Positions 26,689-34,848 of a stretch of DNA of 34,848 nucleotides are shown here, piece by piece. The DNA lies in the NCBI GenBank assembly GCA_905331295.1, contig CAJNYD010000510.1, positions 84,984-119,831 on the forward strand, read 5' to 3'. Every line of letters starts with the position of its first letter. Positions within the stretch are counted from its first letter, which is position 1. The position numbers were made by a program, and so were the translations under genes. The notes beneath the pieces are model-generated. The model ran no database searches. It worked only from the letters and a program-made list of their open reading frames with translations, and was not told where the DNA came from. The stretch comes from Rotaria socialis (Eukaryota).

Positions 26689-28921
26689 ATGTCTGGTATA
26701 GCTTACTTTTTTAAACCAAAGATAAGCGGTGCAGATTCGGCATCATCTACAACAGAGAAACGTCCTGGTCGACGTTCTAAGGCAGTTAAATCATCGGAAA
26801 CACCGATAGCAATTGAAAAAAATGTTCAACCTATGGAAACAAATGATCCTCTTCCTGAAACAAAAATAATTACTGAAGAACTAACGGAAGAAAATCCTCC
26901 GACACCAACACCAAAAATAAAATTGAAATTTAATCTACGTTCGCAATCTGTTCAAGATACATCTGATAGTTGTATTATTACAAATATTACTCATGAAACA
27001 AATGAATTATCAGCTGATGAATCATCTGACAATGAAGTTCGTTTGAAAATTGATGATCATAATGAAAACTACGAACAACCAGATTCACCATTACCTATTA
27101 AACATGATGATTCATCGTTACTGATTATTTCACCATCGAAGAAAAAACAACAATCATCACGCAAGAAAGTTATTAGTCGTTTAATTGGTACAACAGTTAA
27201 TACACTTTCACTCGATGAACCAAGTCCTGTTAAAATTCCACCGCATGATTCACAATTTAGTGAAGTTAAACAAACAAAATCAGGTCGAACCATTAAATAT
27301 ACACCATATTTTAAAGAGCTTGTTCAAGGTGCAACTATATCACCACCATTATCACCGGTTCACCAAACAGCACCACCGAAACGTCCATCAAACTATTCGA
27401 AGAAAAAACAAACATCCATTAAAGCTGATCTTGACGCTATTAAAAATGGAAGTTTACCAGCAACGGCGAATGCTAAAGGACGAAAATCATCGGCAGGATC
27501 ACCAAAAAATAAAAAACAAGCAACGGCTCCTGTTAAACATGTTGGAGCAGGACGAAAATCAACAACGCCAAAAGGTAAATTCACTAATAGGAAAACTAAT
27601 TTTATGAGAATTGAACAGACGAAAATTAAGCTACAATTTTCTTATGTCTCAATAGAGATATGTCGTACCGAAACAAAATAATATTTGATTCTGTACCTTT
27701 CTAGTAAAGAATTTATATATTCTAACATAAGATTTAGGTAACAGCTTTGTTTCACCAGTAGTTATTTATAGGACTGCATTCAAGAAGTATTTTATTTATT
27801 TCTAACGTATGAAAATAAAGCTTGATCGTAGAGAATATAACACCCGGCAGTTAAGAATTTTTAAATTAGTTTTCACAATCAATAATAATAATTCTGTTTT
27901 TAGCTAAAACAAAACGAGATTCAAATCAAATGGTTATAGCCGACGATATTGAAAGTGATGATGAAAATGAAATGATTGACAGACGAAGCGATGATGAAGA
28001 ATTTCGTAATGACATTTTTATATTCTTATCATTGGTTTTTTTTATCGTTATATCTCTTTTTTTTTGTCTTTCGTAGATCAAGAAGGACATTCATCAGAAG
28101 AAGACGATGAAGATGGTTTAGATGTTGATGATGATGATCATTCATCAGGAGTATTAAGCGATGAAGAAGAATGGACAGCAATTGGAAATAAACAAGAACA
28201 TGATCGAAGTTTAGGTTTAGCTGCAACATTAGGTTCAATGTCAAGTGAAATGCTCGATGGATATAGTTTATGGGCTATGAAATATCGTGCACGTCATCGA
28301 ACAATGAGTCTTGATGATAAACGTCTTTATCGTACGTGGAAAAAAATGAGTGCACACGATCGACAACGTTGGTGTATTAAAGCCGAAAAAGAAAGTTATC
28401 ATTATCCTATAACAGCTGAATTATTAAAAGCGTCCACTAGTACCGAACCGACAACAACACCTACAACAAAAACGACGAAATCAACGAAACGAAAGAAACC
28501 TACTGATGATCCTCCACCAATACTTTTACAAAAGACATTAAATCAATATGCTAAACAACAACCAGCAATTCGTCCACCGAATGCTTTTGTTAAACAACCA
28601 GTAACACCAACAATTATTGCACCACCAAAAAATTATGATATTGCTGATATTGCCGCCGGAATTTATTTACTCGGTGAATCATTAACAAAAATGGGTGAAA
28701 AAGTGCGACAATTGGGTCATCTGAATCCTCGTGGCACATCGGCAGCTACATCTATCGATAATCTTTCAGCTATTCTTTTTGATGGAACGTTATGTGCATG
28801 CAATTTAATGGCTTGTCTTGGTAATGAAATAATATCAACGAATTCGTCAACATCAAAATCAGATCCATTAACTAATAAACTTATGGAAAATGTTGGCATT
28901 CTCTTACCTGGACTTAATTAA
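26689..28921 (+). CDS. HMGXB4: HMG-box protein of the HMGXB4 family (exons 26689-27574, 27904-28005, 28077-28921)
   Basis: Low-complexity N-terminus, divergent HMG box (GYSLWAMKYR...WKKMSAHDRQRW), C-terminal DIAAGIYLLGESL...LFDGTLCA...MENVGILLPGL resembling the HMGXB4 tail (DVAAHLQLLGESL...LDNIAYIMPGL). Confidence 0.8.
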
Positions 28922-29069
28922 ATATGAAAATGTTTTGTTCATTATTGAACTTCATGTACACATTTCTGTATATTCGTATAAATAAAAGAGGAATATCAAA
29001 CAAAAAGAAAAAAAAACGTTTATTTCTGTTCGATTTTTGTACATCTATATATATATATTTTTTTTTCAG

Positions 29070-29417
29070 ATGCAACGAACATCAGTTCTACAACCGACTG
29101 CAACAGTCGATTCACTTATTCAAGAGGAAGAGAAAGCTAATGATATAGCTATATGGGTTGTTTTTCGTAAAATGCTCTTTTTTACTGTTATGATGACACT
29201 GGCGCCAATAGCATCATTTTTCATCTCGAAAGATTATTTATTTGCAGGAATATTTAATATGACTGATACTCGGAGTTACATGTTTTCAGCTGCTGTAGCC
29301 GTTATTGTCGTTCATATTATATTAATTGCATTTCTTTACGTTGCATTCCGTGATGATCGTTCAGGCAAAAAGACAAAAACTGATCTTATTAAAGAATCAA
29401 CTGGCAAAAAAGACTAA
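29070..29417 (+). CDS. VMA21: V-ATPase assembly factor VMA21
   Basis: 115 aa with two TM segments (MLFFTVMMTLAPIASFF; SAAVAVIVVHIILIAFLYVAF) and a lysine-containing C-terminus GKKD. Confidence 0.9.
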   Translation: MQRTSVLQPTATVDSLIQEEEKANDIAIWVVFRKMLFFTVMMTLAPIASFFISKDYLFAGIFNMTDTRSYMFSAAVAVIVVHIILIAFLYVAFRDDRSGKKTKTDLIKESTGKKD

Positions 29418-29642
29418 CTTTATTCGTTTCTATTTTTTTTGTATTGTCATTTTAGCAATAAAAAAAATTCCTTTATGTCTTATTCAAAATATTCACTATT
29501 CCAAACATCAAGAGGGTGTAGGTGAGAATCTTTGTTTACTACTCTTCATGGTCATCGATATCTGTCGTAAATCGAAATTATTTAACTGATACAATACAGA
29601 ATCTCTTCTTTACAAATAAAATAATATTTCTGTATTGTAGAT

Positions 29643-31752
29643 ATGACTACGCATCATATTCGTTTAGCCTTTGATTTAATCACAGATTTATTTCCTGATG
29701 GAACATCCAGTCAAGTTGCTTCCTATCTGAATCGTAAAGGTCCTCTACCATTTGCTCTTCTAGTTCGTGATCTGAACATTCCAGCAGTTAATATTGCGCG
29801 ATCTCTAGCAACACTAGCTATACATGATATAATTGAATGCTATGGAGATCTTCGTGCCGGTGCTAAACGTATTCTATATGCCTTTAATCTTAAGCGAGCA
29901 TTGTATATTTTACATTATTCAAAATGTATTCATTGTGCTAGACAATTATATGGTTTTGATGGTGAATTAATCATAGAAGAACTTTTATTAAATGGTAAAC
30001 AACGTATGAGTACATTATTAGTTAAAGTCTATGAACGTTTAATACAAGCTGGCAAAGATCCTGCAGTTCATAGTTTACAATCGATTAAAGAATCCTTTAG
30101 GTTATTAGCTAGTACACAATTTTTACAACGTATTTCAATGAAGGAAACTAAGTCGAATATGCCTGACATTGCAGAAGAAACACCAACCAATCTCACACAG
30201 ATACCGGAATTAACACAAGAAGGATGGAAACATTTAATAGCAAGCCAACAAGAAGAATCACATGAGCCATCGGCAAAAAAATTTAAATCAACTAAAATAA
30301 TATTTGGTGATGAAAAGATTTTTTGGAAAGTTAATTTTCAACGATTTTTTGCCTATCTACGTGATCAAGAACTTATTCAAGCATTTACAAATCGAATAGA
30401 TGAAGTAAATTTCAATTTCAAACTAAAATCTTTTTGTTTTATTCAATCTTTTTTTCTTTAAATTTAAGAATGCTGGTGAAATCATCCGAACCATACTTCG
30501 TCTAGCTGAAATAAAACCGAATCCAGAACGAACTATACCCGTCTCATTTATTGAAGTAAATCAATATTTTCCTTCGATCAAAAGAGAAATTTAATTTTCA
30601 TCAATTATAGATTGCCAAAACAATATCAACAACTGGATTACAAATGAATGAAGAATCATTACAAAAATATGTAAATGTTATTATTGGTGATGTGGTAAGA
30701 TGATCTAAATATAGATTTAATATGATTTAATATTTGAAATTTTATTAGAATAATTGTTTTATAAAAACGGGTGACCAAGGAAAAGGAACTTACATTATAG
30801 GTAAGATGTTGTTTGATTTAGAAGTTGGCTTTATGTTAATGTAAATTTCTAAAAAAACTTCTTCTGTTAAAAGATTTTCAAAAAGCATTGAGTGGATTAA
30901 CGAAAGGTCATATTCAATCATTTTTAAAAGAAAGATTTGGTTCAAATGCATTAAGAATCTATAATATGCTTCAAGAACGTGGTTGTTTATCACAAAAACA
31001 AGTAAATAAACTTAAAAAAAGAATTCATCAGTCTGTTATTAGCTAACAACAATCTATTTAGATTGAAGACATGGCTATGATCAACGCAAAAGAGGCACAA
31101 CAATATGTGTATTCAATGTTTATCGATGGAATGCTAACACTAGAAGTAGAATTTTGTTTCATTTAGTTATTTTTTATGGTTTTTTTTCAATTAAGGAATT
31201 GTCAAAAGCAACTGATTTCAATCCCACTAGAACATTTTATTTCTTTCGTGTAAATTTATACAATGGTGTTTTGTCACTACTTGATCATTCTTATAAAGTA
31301 ATAATATCACAAACAAACAAAAAAAAATATTTTCTTCGTTTAAAATAGACAATGTCAAATTTAATGCAAAGACATCAGTTTGAAAGGGAACGTCATAGAA
31401 AATTAATTGATAAACGTGATAAAGTTGATGCTATTATTCATAGTCTTCGAGAACAAAATGCTGAAGAAGATCAAATTAAAGAAGTAGAAGATATTTTATC
31501 GCCAATGGAAAAAGAACAAATACAAAAACTTGATGCCGCTTTTAGAAAGTATGTAAAATAAGAATAGCATTTTTAGTTTTGTTTATTATTAAATTATTTT
31601 ATAGAATTGATCTTGCTCAACTTCAACTTACAGAAACAATTCTTCTACTTGAAATGTATTTATCAATATCGAACAGTACTGCACCTGTACAGAAAAAAAC
31701 TGGTGGTAAAGCCGCTGCTGAAAAACTATTGGAAGCAATGTCACATAAGTGA
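29643..31752 (+). CDS. POLR3C: RNA polymerase III subunit RPC3/RPC62, multi-exon
   Basis: GELIIEELLLNGK, FWKVNFQRF, AGEIIRTILRL, ERFGSNALRIY, QKQIEDMAMI, PTRTFYFFRVN, C-terminal coiled coil; stop TGA at 31750-31752. Confidence 0.93.
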
Positions 31753-32061
31753 CTAATAAAATAATATTTGATTTGTTAGTTGATGTGAAAATTCTTTTCT
31801 GATAAAATAAAACTTGCCGTGCTTGTACTGTCTTGGAAATTAATGGATACAATAACTAAAAGTTATGATTGAATGATTTTGCTTTTGACATTTGATCAAC
31901 GATCAGAATTGACTACGAAGAGGCAAGGAAAACTGCTATAGGAAACTTTATCACCAGAAATCATAGTTTGAAGAGAGTTGGTCACCTTTTCGAAATATGA
32001 TAGAAACTATTGTATTAGAATATTTCATAACCATTATTGGTACCACAAGGGGGGAACAGCA

Positions 32062-32133
32062 GAATCCATGAATCCATGAATCCATGAATCCACTTGAATC
32101 CACTTGCATCCACTTGAATCCACATGAATCCAC
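32062..32133 (+). repeat. Subterminal tandem array: 3 x GAATCCAT then 5 x ~GAATCCACTT
   Basis: Directly visible; eight G(A/C)ATCCA cores. Confidence 0.95.
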
Positions 32134-32524
32134 TCTAATATGAAATTCTTAGAATTATAAAAATATGATAGTTTTCATTTTCTCAATTCTCTGTTGAAAG
32201 TAGAGAAAAAAAATTAACAAAAAGAATATTCGCGAAGACTTCAGGAATCAATCAAGAAATATTTATATTAAAAAGTTTTTTTGTTATCAATAATTATATT
32301 ATTTATTTGTTTAAAAACCAACTGTGAAATGTAAAAAAAATAAAAATCAAACGGACATAAAAGTATAAAAATTCAATACATGATAGAACCGATTAACTAT
32401 AAAAGAAAAAAGAAGTGTATTATTAAGTTAAAAACATCAATTTAATATAAAACCTTACCATATAAGAGAACACGAAAGAAGTGATCGAAGAAGTACAAAC
32501 AAGACAATGTTCGGCGTATAAAAA

Positions 32525-33592
32525 TTATCTTCTTCTTGTTCTTTTTGTTGATTCTATTGTGTTATGTGAAGATTCTATTGTTTGAACTTTTATTTTCACT
32601 TGTCTTTTAGTTTTTAATGATGATGGTTGTTCGATAATGTTTTCATCGCAAGTTTCATCATCTTCTGTTGATTTGGATATAGAAGATGCTGCGACTGAAG
32701 TTGAATTCGATTGTATTGTATCTGATGGTGGTATAATAGGTATCGTATTCGGTGATGCAATTTGTTGAAGTACATTATCTGATGTAGTCAATGATTAATG
32801 ATTATGTGTTGATGATGGTGATGATACTGGAGGATTATTAAAATTTTTTTTGAATGCAGGACATTCATTAGTTAAGCCTTGTAAATGACGATAGAAATTT
32901 GACAGCTGAAATTTTCCACGTCTAAATACTAATGTTGTCCATTTTTCACAGCTGCATTTTATATTACATTTTAATGTACCAGTTGAATCATTTTGTAATG
33001 AAATAAAATAATCCTTGCCTTCAACTAAAGAAAATCGTTCATTATTATCTTTTGATTTGTTGTTCTTGCACCAGCTATTTAATGTATCAATTATGTATGA
33101 TTTATGTTCAGCAACTGATAAATTCGAAGATTTTAATGATGCAGTTTCTGGTGAGCTATCAGATAAAATAGATGACGTAGGTTTTCTTATTGTTGATGAT
33201 GTATCTGTAGTTGTAGTTAACGATGATGACAATTGATTGCGTTTTGAAGATTTAACTAATTTTGCATCATCAACACATTTTTTCTTCAACAAACTAATGA
33301 GATATTCTATATTTCCTTTAACACCAGGTTGTATGATACATATACCATCATCTTGCATATAACCATATTTATTTTTAAATGCATCGAGACTTTTACTCTT
33401 CACGTTCATAATAGAACAAACATCATCTGTCATCAACAATGACTTCACACTATTAATACCTTGTAATTCTAGTAGAGCAGCAACAGCATGACCAGCTTCT
33501 TCCTTCACAAAATCAATAAAATTATCATCACGTAATGACATTATGTTTGATGGCAATACAGATGTATCAATAAGAATATCTGTTTGAAACAT
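32525..33592 (-). pseudogene. Transposon accessory gene (N-terminal helical domain, zinc-finger-like motif, Ser/Thr tail) interrupted by one in-frame TAA
   Basis: ORFs 33610-32795 and 32791-32525 are in the same frame (CAT TAA TCA TTG); motif CNIKCSC...FQLSNFYRHLQGLTNEC; first ATG at 33592. The TAA could alternatively be the real stop. Confidence 0.65.
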
Positions 33593-33982
33593 GTTTGAAT
33601 ATATTATCAATTATCTATAAGGAAAAATATAATTATCTATTAAGAAAAATTTGTCTCCCAAATTACACATGTTGACAGGAAGAAAGTATAATGGATATCA
33701 TCTTTGAATCATGAGTCATAATCCAGTAAAAGAATTAGCCAATAGTTTCTGAAAAATTTATCTCTATATATTGTTATTAACACTTGTTGATTTTTAGCGA
33801 CATTCCATCTTTACTATAATCATTCGCTCTAGATTATCGGATTATGATTCATCACAGCTGTGTATGAACTAGATTTGTTTTAACTTTCATAACTCAGAGT
33901 CTTTGAACATATTCTACACTAACATTATTCAACTTATTTTTTTAATTTCTTCCAGATAAATAAAAGACTCCTTATTTTTCTT

Positions 33983-34848
33983 ATGATGGATGATACGATG
34001 ACAGATAATGTGTTTTCTTTCAAAAACGATGAATTTTTTGGTTTTATTCATACATTAGTTGGACAACAAATAGTGGACATTTTAAAGTTTCAATCAATAA
34101 CATCTACACAATCTTTAATTCGATATCCAAATATTTTTGATATATTTAATATGAAATGCTCAGAGCATGATTTCTTGTCGATTAGAAAAACGTCATGTTT
34201 GGAGCTTGACGATGGTCAATTTATCGTAAAAGTCGGATTACTTAATAATTTAAATTATTTACTTGATTTTTTAAAGCAAGAACAAAACAAAATTAGTGAC
34301 GATAATTATATGGATGTAGATTCAAACTTAACATTCGATCTTATCAACAAAAATCCATTGTTAAAAAACTTGGTTCTTTGGTATCAGCGAATTGGAAGTG
34401 AAGGTGTTACTAATACAAACAAAAATGGTTTTTTAATAGATTTTATTAATACTATTACTAATAACTTGACAAAATAGCGCAATCATTTTCGATACAGTGA
34501 CAAAATCAAGGACTTCGCTTTATCGTTATATATTTTAGGTGGAAAATTAACGTATGAATTTATTCGATTAAATACACCCGGCTCTTTACCAAGTTTAACA
34601 ATGTTGTCTACATTAATTTTAAATTCAAACTTAAAAATTAGTGAAGCAAAATTTCGATTCGATCAGCTTCAAAAACATTTTAAGAATCTGAATCTTCAAT
34701 ATGCATTTGGTTCTGAGGATGCCACTGGTGTTATTAAAAAAATAAAATATGATTCAATAACAAATAAATTTATTGGATTTCCCACGCCACTTGATCATGG
34801 AGTACCAATTAAAGAATATTATCATACTGATTCATTGGATACGTTGAA
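33983..34848 (+). pseudogene. P-element/THAP9-like transposase, 5' part, with an in-frame TAG at 34475-34477
   Basis: The frame stays open past the TAG to the window end: RNHFRYSDKIKDFALSLYILGGKLTYEFIRLNTPGSLPSL (P-type helical region) ... FGSEDATGVIKKIKYDSITNKFIGF (first catalytic Asp region). Confidence 0.8.

Larger units (their letters stand above)
32044..34848. mobile_element. One end and interior of a P-element-like DNA transposon with two divergent genes; runs off the window
   Basis: Abrupt CACAAGGGGGG start (terminus at 32044 or 32046), subterminal tandem repeats, intronless genes, P-type transposase motifs; other end not visible. Confidence 0.72.

Noticed and set aside
32062..32133. 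Short repeat array as a possible CRISPR
   Set aside because: Contiguous 8-10-bp units without spacers, eukaryotic context, no cas genes
31951..32133. 60-aa minus-strand ORF (MDSCGFKWMQVDSSG...)
   Set aside because: It is the translation of the tandem repeat and crosses the element boundary

Overview
AT-rich, intron-dense eukaryotic DNA with mostly ~50-70 nt introns. It is most likely an invertebrate, and plausibly a bdelloid rotifer (inference from intron size, composition and a foreign-looking gene). The + strand carries CARHSP1, PSMC1, USP39, PNPLA2/ATGL, beta-TrCP, a furin-like proprotein convertase, HMGXB4, VMA21 and POLR3C; the - strand carries an intronless sphingomyelin-synthase-family gene with non-animal motifs. 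Main observations: (1) the convertase has two tandem 77-nt mutually exclusive exons next to the catalytic His, flanked by RBFOX-type TGCATG motifs, and a GPI-signal-like C-terminus; (2) the window ends in a P-element-like transposon with two head-to-head genes (zinc-finger protein and transposase) sharing a homologous N-terminal domain; (3) two tight same-strand gene runs have splice acceptors just before the ATGs, suggesting operons or SL trans-splicing; (4) a USP39 intron holds a 2.1-kb foldback palindrome with a ~178-bp internal motif period. All homology calls are from remembered family motifs, not database searches.
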